Source of the DNA: a virus
Length of the DNA: 64,000 nucleotides
Reading direction: 5' to 3' (one strand)
IMG/VR virus record: IMGVR_UViG_3300035181_002522
Span: 100,332 to 164,331 of that record
Below are positions 1 to 9,880 of this stretch, one piece after another. Numbering within the stretch: the stretch's first letter is position 1; each line of letters starts with the position of its first letter. The translations under genes were made by a program, and so were the position numbers. The notes below the pieces were generated by a model. That model was not told the DNA's origin, made no database searches, and saw only the letters and a program-made list of their open reading frames with translations.

Positions 1-1
1 A

Positions 2-193
2 CTTGAATTTATTAAAGCTGATGGCCAGGTGAGGTTAATGACTTGCACCTTAAGACCAGAGCTCATAGAACTAGAGCCAACATCAGCAACGCCAAGAAGA
101 GTAAATGATGAGGTGATTAGGGTGTTTGACCTTGACCTTAAAGAATGGCGATCATTTAGGATTGATCGCTTAAAATCAACAAAATTACTATAA
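2..193 (+). CDS. 3' part of a WYL-like/SH3 beta-barrel phage protein (partial)
   Basis: Manual translation LEFIKADGQVRLMTCTL...VFDLDLKEWRSFRIDRL*, matching the FxKxDG...WRSF pattern. Confidence 0.7.
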   Translation, partial: LEFIKADGQVRLMTCTLRPELIELEPTSATPRRVNDEVIRVFDLDLKEWRSFRIDRLKSTKLL

Positions 194-199
194 AAAATC

Positions 200-680
200 A
201 AATTGTAGTTCATCATAAGTGAATTAACTTATAATAGATTATTATATAATTACATATTTGCTGTGAACGATGTATCAGAAAAACTGTTTGAAAAAGTAAT
301 AAATCAACATTATGCTCGTTGATATTTGAAATTTATTGAAAGTGTTAATGAGTCTGGTGGGAAGATAAAAACACCACATTCTACCAAAAGCTAAAGATAT
401 GTGGCCAGAGTTTAGTTCTTTAAAAGAACATAAATGGAATTAGTGCAATAAAATTAAATTGAATAAAATAGTAAGATTTATGAAAAGTTACACAATTAGC
501 AATTGAACGTATAGTTGCACAAAAATGATTTAAATTGGAAAGCTACAGTTGGAGTTGAAATGAGTAAAAAGATGTCAGAGAAAACAGTCCCCCGAATACA
601 AAATGTTATATCATCAAACATGTGAACGGTGTGGTAAAACATTAGATAAGTTAAATTTTAATAGATGGCATGGTAACAAA
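200..680 (+). pseudogene. Decayed HNH-type homing endonuclease remnant
   Basis: Broken frames with HIL/PKAKDMWPEFSSFKEHKWN-like fragments and multiple stops. Confidence 0.4.
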
Positions 681-702
681 CACAAATTAAATAGGAGAAA
701 TA

Positions 703-1080
703 ATGAAAAAAATACTATTGATATCAATGATCCCAATCTTAACGAACTGCAGTTCAATAATTTATGATGCATTGCAATACGACAGATTTATTACGCTCCA
801 AGAAAAATTAGAGCAGTTAAAACCTATTTGTGGTAAGGACGATGCATTAGCTAAAATTAAAGATTTGAAAGTTTATGTTGACCATATGGACCATTATGCA
901 TCACATCGTGTAAATGCTCCAGAAGTTGCCTCAGCTACTGCTTCAATAAATTCAATGGTGACAGAGTTAGCTTCTCAATATGATGCTAATAATAGTCCGA
1001 CTTTAGCATATTGTCAAGTAAAAGTTGATAATATTACGGCTGGAGTTGCCACAATAATCTCAGGTTTAGGAGCACAATAA
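703..1080 (+). CDS. Putative lipoprotein
   Basis: GGAGA RBS; signal peptide with lipobox-like LTNC. Confidence 0.6.
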   Translation: MKKILLISMIPILTNCSSIIYDALQYDRFITLQEKLEQLKPICGKDDALAKIKDLKVYVDHMDHYASHRVNAPEVASATASINSMVTELASQYDANNSPTLAYCQVKVDNITAGVATIISGLGAQ

Positions 1081-1081
1081 C

Positions 1082-1324
1082 ATGGAGTTAAATGACTTTT
1101 TATTATCGCCAATTCGTGAAGTTAAAGATTTGGCTGAATGCGCTCAGAATATTGAAAACCTTTATACCAAAGGTGAATTAACTAAAGAAGAAGCAGCTGA
1201 ACTTTTAGCTGACTTATTAAAGTTGAAAGACATTAACACTGAGATGGTTGACATCGAAACTCAACGCGAATTATGGCAGCTAGTTAAACTACTTCAAACT
1301 ATGAAGTTCTTCACAAGTCTCTAA
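1082..1324 (+). CDS. Hypothetical protein
   Basis: ORF directly following the previous gene. Confidence 0.65.
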   Translation: MELNDFLLSPIREVKDLAECAQNIENLYTKGELTKEEAAELLADLLKLKDINTEMVDIETQRELWQLVKLLQTMKFFTSL

Positions 1325-1573
1325 GCTAAAAGATGTTAATCTCCAAAGTTTGAATTTATAATTAAATTTTGAACTTTGGAGATACTACGATAACAGTTGT
1401 TTTTTCTCACTCTATCACTACTCACTACTCAATAATCAACTCAAGATGCAACTGTAAAGGCGCAATCTTTTGATACAGTTACAATTGGCTATATTGTCAT
1501 TTTAGTCGTTTATCTCATTGAGCGTTATCTTATTCACGATAATTCAAAGTAATTTTTTTGCATAATAATTCAT

Positions 1574-1819
1574 ATGCCATACATACCTATAATTTCAAAC
1601 CTACAACAAACAACAACACCTGTTGTTCAAGTCGACGATGGTCAGCAATGTTCAGCTGGTTCAATTGAATGTACTCCTTGCATGTTAGCTCCAATTTTAT
1701 TGGGCATTCTTGTTTTAGGAATTGTATTTTTAGTGTTAGCTAATTCACTTCAAGGCTTTACATTTAAACGTAAAGCTAAAAAATCTATTCAGAAGCCATT
1801 TGATTTGACAAAACATTAA
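1574..1819 (+). CDS. Hypothetical membrane protein
   Basis: One hydrophobic segment followed by a basic tail. Confidence 0.5.
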   Translation: MPYIPIISNLQQTTTPVVQVDDGQQCSAGSIECTPCMLAPILLGILVLGIVFLVLANSLQGFTFKRKAKKSIQKPFDLTKH

Positions 1820-1863
1820 TCACTTTCCAAAATAAATATCATTTTTTGCAATGGAGTAAAATA

Positions 1864-2244
1864 ATGAAAAAAATTGCTTTATTAATCATTACCTTAGTGA
1901 TGGTTGGTTGCGCACAAACCACAGGTTATCGTCCAACCATTGATGCTTATGGCGATCAACGTTATCAATATATCAATCAAGATGCTGCCGATTGTGAAGC
2001 AATAGCAGGTCAATCAAGCGTTGGTAAAGGTATTGCGACTGATGGCTTTGTTGGGGCTTTAGTTGGAGCGGCTGGTGGTGCGGCGTTAGGCGCAGTCATT
2101 GGCAATCCAGCTACTGGGGCGGCAATTGGCGCGGCGGCCGGTGGCATTGGTGGTGGTGCAAAAGGTGGTATTGAAGCAGACCAAACATACAAACGAATTT
2201 TTCGTAATTGCATGCAAAATAGGGGACATAGGACGTTAAACTAA
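1864..2244 (+). CDS. Glycine-zipper lipoprotein
   Basis: MKKIALL...MVGC lipobox; GALVGAAGGAALGAVIG repeats; C-terminal CMQNRG; GGAG RBS before 1864. Confidence 0.8.
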   Translation: MKKIALLIITLVMVGCAQTTGYRPTIDAYGDQRYQYINQDAADCEAIAGQSSVGKGIATDGFVGALVGAAGGAALGAVIGNPATGAAIGAAAGGIGGGAKGGIEADQTYKRIFRNCMQNRGHRTLN

Positions 2245-2313
2245 AACAAGTTGTTTACAATAAAGAGAAAAGGTGTTAAAATTTATCAACCTTCAAATAA
2301 ATCGCGAGGAAAA

Positions 2314-2754
2314 ATGTCTCTATTAGAACAAATTAGAGCAGCTTCATTGGCCGCTCGTAAAGCAAAGTCAGCTAACGCAAGCTTTTTAATTACCTTGTTG
2401 GGTGAGGCAACTCGTCCTGGTAAAGACAATGGTAATCGCGAGAGCACTGATGAAGAAGTGTTTAAGGTCATAAACAAATTTAAGGCCGGCCTTGATGAAA
2501 GCATTAAGGCAATGCAAGCTAGAAATGACGAAGCTGGCCTTCAAAAGTTAAATAATGAAATGGCCGCGTTAACTCCATTTTTGCCACAACTTTTAACAGA
2601 ATCAGAACTTCGTAACATTATTGAAGCGCTCATTTCTGGTTCACCAAGTCCTAGCATTGGTCAAATTTTTGGCGCTTTGAAAAAATCATATGGTGGCAAA
2701 TTTGATGGAGAAATGGCCTCAGCAATCATTAAAGAGACATTAAGTCATGGCTGA
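2314..2754 (+). CDS. GatB/YqeY domain protein
   Basis: MSLLEQIRAASLAARKAK...FLPQLLTESEL...GKFDG YqeY-like pattern; GAGG RBS. Confidence 0.8.
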   Translation: MSLLEQIRAASLAARKAKSANASFLITLLGEATRPGKDNGNRESTDEEVFKVINKFKAGLDESIKAMQARNDEAGLQKLNNEMAALTPFLPQLLTESELRNIIEALISGSPSPSIGQIFGALKKSYGGKFDGEMASAIIKETLSHG

Positions 2755-2956
2755 AAAACCAGATGGTAAGTTAGTCTTTATAGTTGCTCTTATCGGCGGC
2801 GTAATAATTGCAGGTGCATCATATCAGGTCATTCATTCGTTTAAACCTAACCCTGACCCACAGTGTCTTGCGGCTTTAGTCGTAACATCAGATAATTGGT
2901 GGGAGCAATCGCCTGAACCAGAATGTACGCCAAACTTTGTTGATAATAAACACTGA
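2747..2956 (+). CDS. Hypothetical membrane protein
   Basis: Overlaps previous stop; one TM segment. Confidence 0.55.
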   Translation: MAEKPDGKLVFIVALIGGVIIAGASYQVIHSFKPNPDPQCLAALVVTSDNWWEQSPEPECTPNFVDNKH

Positions 2957-3074
2957 CTTTGTAAGCTCATGGGTAGAGCTCCCATACGAGGGTAGGAGTT
3001 GGTTCAATTCCAATGAAAGAATGGTTCCCGTAAATCCGCAATGGGGAGAGTAGGTTCGAATCCTACCAAAGTCA
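2955..3074 (+). ncRNA. tRNA-like RNA with two T-arms
   Basis: Acceptor GACTTTG/CAAAGTC, D-arm GCTCATGGGTAGAGC, T-arms GTTGG-TTCAATT-CCAAT and GTAGG-TTCGAAT-CCTAC. Confidence 0.65.
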
Positions 3075-3096
3075 ACAATATTGAAGAGAAAGAAAT

Positions 3097-4502
3097 ATGC
3101 AAAATGCGTTAAATTATATCTACATGGGCATTATCGCGTCAATTATTCTTATTGTAATTGGCTTTTTTGGCTATAAGCTTTACGAACGAGATGAATTCTA
3201 TCGTAAATGCGAAGATAAAGATGGCACGGTAATTAAAAATGAACTTGACGAAAGTTTTTGCTTTAGGCCATCGCAAATAGGGGAACACACTTGATAAATC
3301 AATACTTTGATTTATGGCCTAATGAAACTGGTCTACCATTTCATATTTTTATTGGAGATATGAAATTAGTTGAAGGTAATCCACAGTTTTTAGCTCCAAC
3401 TGAAGAGCAGTTAGCTCAAGGCAGTTTCAATCTTAAAGATTGCCAAGTTGTTAAGTTAACCACTGGTATTGAATGTATTTCTACGACTCGCGATATGCAA
3501 TTACAATTTTTCTTAAATGAAAATTGCCAACAGCTTATGAAATATTGTACTGGTGAAATTTCGATTGTTGAATTAAAACAGACACTTTCTACGGAGTATG
3601 TTACATGGCTTTAGCAGATTTAAATACACCAGCAGTTCAAAAAATCCCACTTGACCAGCGCAAAGAAATTTGGCTCAAAATTTGGGCAGCTTTAGTTACA
3701 ACTGACGGTCTATCTTCACCAATCTTCATTTCGGAATGGGCAGATGAATGTTTAGCTCATTATGCCGAACGTTTTTATGCTACTGATGAAGGCGTTCAGA
3801 ATTTATTCGAAGAAATTGATGAAGCTAAAAATGTCTAAATACGTCATCTTTGGAGTTATCATTGGAACCATCATCGGTGTTTCTCTGGGATTAAATCATT
3901 ATCAGTTCAAGCTACAAGCTGATAAATTTACCAAAGAATGCCATGCTCAAAAGGGTGTCGTTATAGAAGAATATGACACTGGTAATTTACTCTGTTTTCC
4001 GGCCGATGCGTAATTTATATAAATTAGTTAAAGTGCTTGCATTCATCGCGGCATTTATTGTGTTTACGTTTATCATTGGCATGGTTAAATATCAATACGA
4101 TGTAGCTGAATATCGAGATAAAATTAATTGTTCAGCTGCTGGTGGTGCCTTTAAGCTTAATGAGCAGACAGGTGAAAAAAAATGTGTAGTTTCTACAGGA
4201 GAGTTACAATGGAAAAAATGATGTTGGTTTTATTGCTAGCTTTTCCAATGCTAGCCCAAGCGAGTTCGCCGAGCTTTTATATTCAAGCCCCAGGTTTTTC
4301 CTTTGGCTATTCTCAACCAAGTTGGTATCCAGTTCAACCATACCCATACGCCGTTGTGCCACGATATCCATATCCACAGCAATATAACATTGTAGTTCCG
4401 CCAAGGTTTGAATACCACGAATATCGTCAATGGCAAGATCGACACGATGATTATTACGAGCACGGTCATCACTTTGGTCATAGAGATCGCGACTGGCGTT
4501 AA
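3097..4502 (+). CDS. Run of six small hypothetical genes (3097-3294, 3291-3614, 3605-3838, 3831-4013, 4006-4221, 4209-4502), several membrane or secreted
   Basis: Abutting or overlapping ORFs; TM segments with paired Cys; last has a signal peptide and a Pro/Tyr/His-rich tail. Confidence 0.6.
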
Positions 4503-4509
4503 AGAATAC

Positions 4510-4583
4510 TGGCCTATAGCTCGAAGGTCGAACAGGCGGTTCATAACTGCTCGGTCCTGGTCCAATTCCATGCAGGCCCACCA
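4510..4583 (+). tRNA. tRNA-CAT (Ile2/Met), partly degenerate
   Basis: Anticodon arm GCGG-TTCATAA-CTGC; GGCCT/AGGCC acceptor; ACCA end. Confidence 0.75.
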
Positions 4584-4592
4584 ACTATAAAC

Positions 4593-4648
4593 CCATACAG
4601 TTTTACTTTTTATCATAAATACAAATTTAATAAAGTAAAACTGTATGG
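4593..4648 (+). promoter_or_regulatory. Late promoter inside a start-codon-sequestering hairpin
   Basis: Perfect 17-bp IR CCATACAGTTTTACTTT/AAAGTAAAACTGTATGG covering ATG 4645; TAAATA in the loop. Confidence 0.7.
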
Positions 4649-5505
4649 ATTATCAGAAGCATTATTCCGCTCTTATTGAACGGGCCAAAAATAGAATTAT
4701 TGATGGGTATACTGAACAACATCACATTATTCCAAATTGCTTTTTCAAAAACTCTTCTAGACGGAATACAAAACATTCGTCATTTGCTGGTTGGTTAGAT
4801 GGTAATCGGGATGATAAATCGAATTTAGTAAATTTGACACCAGAAGAACATTATGTTGCTCATCAATTATTAGTTAAAATATATCCGAATAATTTAGCAC
4901 TGTTATTTGCTGCTAATATGATGGGCAATACTAGAAAGGGAAATAAATGTTATGGTTGGTTAAAAAGAAAGCATTCTGATCGAATGAAAAATTTACCAAT
5001 TGAAATTAGATTAAAAATTTCAAAAGCTTTAAAAGGAAGAAAAGTTTCACCAGAAACACGTCAAAAAATTAGTAAATCTAAAAAGATCAATAATGCGATT
5101 AGAAAAAAATTGATATCAGAAGGCGTATTAGAAAAGCCTACACGCAAAACTTTCACACATTCTGAAGCCACAAAACTTAAATTTTCTAAAAATGCTAAAC
5201 AGTTACATCCAAATGGGCCCTTTTTTGGAAAAACTCATACTGAAGAAACAAAGCAAAAAATAAAACAAAGTAATACTAATTTTGTTCATACTGAAGAAAC
5301 AAAAGCTTATCTTTCTGAAATTAGAAAAGGTGAAAATAACCCAATGTTTGGCTCTATTGGGACGATGGCAGGAAGAACAGGAAGTTCACACCCAGCGTTT
5401 GGATCAAAATGGTATGTTAATACTATTACTGGAGAAATTAAAAAATTTCGACCTGAAGAAATAAATACTTTGTGTATAACATGGAAACCAGGAAGAAAAT
5501 TATGA
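4645..5505 (+). CDS. HNH homing endonuclease with NUMOD3 repeats
   Basis: YTEQHHIIP...NLVNLTPEEHYVAHQLL; HTEETKQKI and GENNPMFG motifs. Confidence 0.9.
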   Translation: MDYQKHYSALIERAKNRIIDGYTEQHHIIPNCFFKNSSRRNTKHSSFAGWLDGNRDDKSNLVNLTPEEHYVAHQLLVKIYPNNLALLFAANMMGNTRKGNKCYGWLKRKHSDRMKNLPIEIRLKISKALKGRKVSPETRQKISKSKKINNAIRKKLISEGVLEKPTRKTFTHSEATKLKFSKNAKQLHPNGPFFGKTHTEETKQKIKQSNTNFVHTEETKAYLSEIRKGENNPMFGSIGTMAGRTGSSHPAFGSKWYVNTITGEIKKFRPEEINTLCITWKPGRKL

Positions 5506-5777
5506 AACAACAATCTCCAACGTCTAAAGACGATAAATCACAAAATAACGTAAAACTCCAAGATGATATGGGAATTTTAGCTGATGGAAAAATAGATGCC
5601 GCTGATGTGAAACATATATTATCTTCAAAAACAGTTTGGGTAAATGTACTTGCATTTGTTGCATTTTTCTTGCAATCAAAATGGGGTTACGTTATGGATG
5701 AGGCTACTCAAGCTCAAGTATTAACAGTTGTTAATATTGGCTTGCGTTATGTTACACATGAACCTGTACGCTGGTAA
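5502..5777 (+). CDS. Small membrane protein, holin-like
   Basis: SKTVWVNVLAFVA...VNIGLRYVT two-TM pattern. Confidence 0.55.
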   Translation: MKQQSPTSKDDKSQNNVKLQDDMGILADGKIDAADVKHILSSKTVWVNVLAFVAFFLQSKWGYVMDEATQAQVLTVVNIGLRYVTHEPVRW

Positions 5778-6137
5778 TGATACCAAATCTAGATCAAAAG
5801 GTTCAATTCTTAGATAAAGTCAATAACATCCGAGATGGATTGTTATTGACTGAGCCTTTATCTAAATAAGAGCTTGCTCAGTTAATCACAAATACATCAT
5901 CAATTTTCCCAATCATAATAACATTCAACAAAAAATACTCAACCAACATTATTCAAAATGAACCAGAATCTCCAATTGATAGCATTGCTTTTAAACGATA
6001 TCTTACTGGGAAAGATTGGACATATTCTACTACTCTGAATACAGCAATAGAATACGATGGTTGGACCTACGATCTACCTCGGGATTGGTCCAAAATCAAA
6101 AAAATTAAATTTGGACAATTAGGTCAACTATAAACAT

Positions 6138-6323
6138 ATGAAATTTACAGAACTGTTTGAAACATACCTCACCAATTCCAGTGTTAGCGAACACCAAGCT
6201 AAATTTATTTGGAACCATGCAATTGAAGAAGCACATAAGCTGCTTCAAGATCAAGCCTCTAAAAAGAAACCATTCATACTTCACGTATTAAAGCAACCTA
6301 TCGATCTTGATAGTTATTTCTGA
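6138..6323 (+). CDS. Hypothetical protein
   Basis: Short ORF starting MKFTELFE. Confidence 0.5.
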   Translation: MKFTELFETYLTNSSVSEHQAKFIWNHAIEEAHKLLQDQASKKKPFILHVLKQPIDLDSYF

Positions 6324-6397
6324 TACGTTCTTCACACTTTTAATTTTCTTCTTTAATTAGATTGTGTTATAATTTTTCCTATCATTTAGGAGGAATT

Positions 6398-6450
6398 ACG
6401 CCAAAGATCTATACTGTAGGTGGTTGGGTTAGAGATACCTTGTTGAATGC
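6398..6450 (+). pseudogene. N-terminal remnant of a CCA-adding enzyme / tRNA nucleotidyltransferase
   Basis: GGAGG RBS, ACG in place of ATG, then PKIYTVGGWVRDTLL (class II NTase motif); similarity ends after about 16 codons. Confidence 0.6.
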
Positions 6451-6585
6451 AGTAAATGCGGTGACTGAACAATTTACACATGGTACTGGTCGTCATCAAC
6501 CTTTACATCAATTTTGGGACAGCTACTTCGGTGCCCAAGATCAAAACAAAAGCTTTATCAAAAGCACTGGAAATGGTAGCTTAAA

Positions 6586-7590
6586 ATGCTCATAGCAATA
6601 ACTGGTCGAATGGCGATTGGAAAATCAACCATTATTCAAAATATGTCACTGTCAGTACCGCACGTGAAATTTGACCTTGATAAAGCCGCGCACAAATATA
6701 GTCAAAGTGCTGATATTCAAGAATTTATTGAAAGCAATCGAAGTACTGTTGATCAGACAACCAAAGACATTTGTTGGAAAAATATTTTTAGTGAATCAAA
6801 CAAATATCGGCAGTTTTGCGCGTTATATGAACCATACCTAATAAAGGAAGTTCAGGAAATAATTCATTTTTATCAATTCAGTGACGCCATAAAGATTGTT
6901 GAAGCTTCAGCACTGTACGCATATCCAAAATTACGACAGCTGTTTGATGCTGTTATTGAACTTGGCACTACCGCAGAATCACGAGAAGAAAATATTGAAA
7001 GTCGAGCTGATTTAGCTAATGAACGGTTTAAAGTTGAAATTGCTGACGCGCTGTACGTCTCTTGTGGCACTGACTTTCTTAATATTGGGCTCGGAAAAAA
7101 TCCAAGTATGATTCTGAGTAAGCTAATCACAAAACTCTACAGAAGATTAAATGGACAACATGTTTCTAGAGCGTATTTTTGCGGCTCATTTGAACCAATG
7201 ACTATCGGCCATTATGATATTTACGAGCGGGCCTGTGAAATGTTCGATGAGGTTATCTTTGTAAAAGCTAAGAACCCCAGCAAGTCAGACACTCTCAGAG
7301 AATCGCCTAAATACTTACAGTTAGTTACTACAACCTATATTCCAACGTTGCTCAGAGGTGAGTCTGGTGTCACTAATCTAATACGTGGTGTAAGGACGGA
7401 AAAAGATTATGTCGAAGCGATAGAATGGTTTCGTTCAATTGAAATCATTGTTGGTAGTGGTAAAGTGGAATTGATATTGTTGCCTGCTTCTAAAGAGCTT
7501 GAAAATGTAAGTTCGACCTTTGTTAGAGCTCTTGAAAAATTATCTGAAAACGATGCGAAACGGTTTATTGTGCCTAATCATTTTGCCTAA
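6586..7590 (+). CDS. Dephospho-CoA kinase (CoaE-like) fused to phosphopantetheine adenylyltransferase (CoaD-like)
   Basis: N-terminal IAITGRMAIGKST P-loop; C-terminal YFCGSFEPMTIGH, LIRGVR and VSSTFVR motifs. Confidence 0.8.
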   Translation: MLIAITGRMAIGKSTIIQNMSLSVPHVKFDLDKAAHKYSQSADIQEFIESNRSTVDQTTKDICWKNIFSESNKYRQFCALYEPYLIKEVQEIIHFYQFSDAIKIVEASALYAYPKLRQLFDAVIELGTTAESREENIESRADLANERFKVEIADALYVSCGTDFLNIGLGKNPSMILSKLITKLYRRLNGQHVSRAYFCGSFEPMTIGHYDIYERACEMFDEVIFVKAKNPSKSDTLRESPKYLQLVTTTYIPTLLRGESGVTNLIRGVRTEKDYVEAIEWFRSIEIIVGSGKVELILLPASKELENVSSTFVRALEKLSENDAKRFIVPNHFA

Positions 7591-8028
7591 AGACCGAAAA
7601 GAGATATAGAAATCTCTAAATGTTATTTTGCTTCTTAGCAGTCTTTAGGTATTATGATTGTTCATGTTAAATTTCTCGGGGGGAGAAGAATTATGGGAAC
7701 TAAAGAATCATTTAAAAAATATAGTGGTTTTACAGAATTGGCATTATTAATAAATCTGTTCCCAGCGCTGATGACATTTTTCCTGTCGGCGATGTATAAT
7801 GAATCAGCAAAAGAACGTAAAATAATGTACATTATGAAAAAATAGTGTATAATATCTTTCGTGCTGAAGCGGTAAGGAATTCAAGATGAAAGAAAATATG
7901 TTTATTCATATAGCAAAGTTGATTATGTTAATCCAATTAAAGCGCAAAGCTATGCGGTTGTAGATATATCCATAGGATTCGTCGTTGTTATTGCTTTATT
8001 TGCAATTATAGCTACGAGGACTTGAAAA

Positions 8029-8244
8029 ATGAGTGACAGTATTTTAATGATGTTTGCTATGTTGTTAGCAATTACTTTTATTGCTAACATTGTTTTTTGT
8101 ATAATTGAGCTTCATAATCTATTGAAAGCCAAAGTTCAAAAAGCACGGTTGGAAGTCGATGAACTCTTACATTGTAAAAATAGAGAATTGGGAAAAATAT
8201 TCCTAACTTTTTGGGTCCGGTACGCGAATTGGTTCAGCGGGTAA
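8029..8244 (+). CDS. Hypothetical membrane protein (3' end runs into tRNA-like RNA)
   Basis: GAGG RBS; N-terminal TM segment. Confidence 0.45.
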   Translation: MSDSILMMFAMLLAITFIANIVFCIIELHNLLKAKVQKARLEVDELLHCKNRELGKIFLTFWVRYANWFSG

Positions 8245-8343
8245 AAACGTGGTTTGCATTTTTTGTCAGTAATGACCGCTCGTAAATCGTTATCGTGTCC
8301 GTAAAACACCTGTATGTGGGTTCGAGTCCCACCCGGCCCACCA
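8213..8343 (+). ncRNA. tRNA-ended RNA with conserved ~52-nt insert, copy A
   Basis: Acceptor GGGTCCGG/CCGGCCC-ACCA, D-arm, T-arm GTGGG-TTCGAGT-CCCAC, insert 8243-8294. Confidence 0.8.
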
Positions 8344-8349
8344 AATTAT

Positions 8350-8478
8350 GACACTATAGCTCAGTTGGTAGAGCACCTAAACATCGTTTTCAATTTTTTG
8401 CTAGAAATAGCCGACTAGAAAATGGTTATCGTCATTTGGAGACACTGTATGTGGGTTCGAGTCCCACCTGCCTTCTCA
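8350..8478 (+). ncRNA. tRNA-like RNA with conserved insert, copy B (chimeric acceptor)
   Basis: Canonical D-arm TAGCTCAGTTGGTAGAGC, insert 8379-8430, T-arm identical to copy A; acceptor strands do not pair. Confidence 0.7.
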
Positions 8479-8492
8479 ACTTTATTAAGCAT

Positions 8493-8831
8493 ATGCTAAT
8501 TACTGTTTTAAAATCAAAGCTACATCATGTTACCGTCACTGAAGCTGATATTAATTATGTTGGTTCATGTGCAATTGATGTAGAATTATTAGAAGCTGCT
8601 GAAATTCAAGAAAATGAGCAAATTCACATCTATAATGTGAATAATGGCGAACGTTTTACCACGTATGCCATCGCTTCTGCAATTCCTGGAATTATCTCAG
8701 TTAGGGGTTCCGCCACTAGAAAAGTAGTGGTTGGAGATACCTTGATAATTACCGCTTTTGGCCAAATTACCAAAGGCGAAATTTATAGACCAAATATCGT
8801 TTTTGTTAATAGTAAAAATCTCATAACATAA
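8493..8831 (+). CDS. panD: Aspartate 1-decarboxylase
   Basis: LKSKLHHVTVTEADINYVGSCAID (G-S cleavage site) and NGERFTTYAI; start at ATG 8493. Confidence 0.92.
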   Translation: MLITVLKSKLHHVTVTEADINYVGSCAIDVELLEAAEIQENEQIHIYNVNNGERFTTYAIASAIPGIISVRGSATRKVVVGDTLIITAFGQITKGEIYRPNIVFVNSKNLIT

Positions 8832-8844
8832 AAGAGGAATAGAA

Positions 8845-9609
8845 ATGCCTAAACTACATGAAGTGCTCGCAGTTGAAAAAACTCGTGCAAATGCAGCAAC
8901 AAAATTGCTCGACGAAACTGCAACAAAATTTCGTAAAGAACATTTTTTTGCTGGCCACATCAAAACTTTGAGAATGCTGGCTGATAGCCCTGCGAATGCT
9001 GCTATTGAAGCTGCATCTCGCGACGACAAAGCTTTGCCAACAACCGTTCCAGAAACTCTAGAATACGCTCTGAAATTCTGGGCAGATGCTGAAGACGTTA
9101 CATTCGCAAAAAATCGCACAAATCAAATCGCTAATGCTGATCTTCTGTTTCATGGCGCCGTTTTAGTTCCTAATGTTCCGGTTGACGAGTTGCTCGGCCT
9201 GGAAGTTCGTTTGGAAAAGTTGCGTCATGTTATCGATGCAATGCCAATCTTGGATGCTTCTAGAGAGTGGTCTCTTTCAAGCTCTGGTCGTAAAGGCGAA
9301 TATGTTTCAGTTACTTCCGAAGTAACCTCAAAAACTGAAAAAGTTTCTACTCCGGTTATCTTGTACGAAGCAACCGATCATCATCCCGCGCAAATCCAAG
9401 TTGTTAATACCGACAAAGTCGTTGGTACCTTTACCAAACTGTTAATCTCTGGTGCTGCATCTTCAAAACAAAAAGCAGATGCGATTTCCACCATTGACGA
9501 ATTGCTGGTAGAAGTAAAACAAGCACGTCAGCGTGCTAACAGCGTTGAAATCATCAACGAAAAAATCGGTTCAACCATCACCGATCTAATTTTGGCAGCG
9601 TTTAAATAA
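8845..9609 (+). CDS. Uncharacterised helical protein of a widespread family
   Basis: KLHEVLAVEK...VPVDELLGLE...LYEATDHHPAQI...VKQARQRAN pattern; GAGG RBS; codon usage of a highly expressed gene. Confidence 0.8.
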   Translation: MPKLHEVLAVEKTRANAATKLLDETATKFRKEHFFAGHIKTLRMLADSPANAAIEAASRDDKALPTTVPETLEYALKFWADAEDVTFAKNRTNQIANADLLFHGAVLVPNVPVDELLGLEVRLEKLRHVIDAMPILDASREWSLSSSGRKGEYVSVTSEVTSKTEKVSTPVILYEATDHHPAQIQVVNTDKVVGTFTKLLISGAASSKQKADAISTIDELLVEVKQARQRANSVEIINEKIGSTITDLILAAFK

Positions 9610-9830
9610 TGAAAGAGCTATCGTTACCGCAAGGAACTAAAATTCTCTGCGGTAACGGGCATTTAGTTGCTGTATTGAATAGGTCTCTTTATCGAGGAGA
9701 CACTGATTACAGTGATGCTTTTGATTATGCTGAAGGTCAAATGCTTCCAACAAAAGGTCAATTATGTCCACTTCATTGTCATTGTGGAAGTGTATGGCTT
9801 GACAAATTTAAATGCGTTAAAATTGAATAA
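9609..9830 (+). CDS. Small Cys-rich protein
   Basis: CGNGH...CHCGS possible metal ligands; start overlaps previous stop. Confidence 0.6.
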   Translation: MKELSLPQGTKILCGNGHLVAVLNRSLYRGDTDYSDAFDYAEGQMLPTKGQLCPLHCHCGSVWLDKFKCVKIE

Positions 9831-9880
9831 AACAGTTTCTTTTTGAATGCTATTGTGATAATATAGCTTCAAGTTAAAAG

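Noticed and set aside
8436-8492. N-terminal extensions given by the ORF track for panD, 12047, 21947, 31460, 53422, 54047 and 54723
   Set aside because: They run through tRNA-like RNAs or upstream genes; downstream ATGs fit better where present
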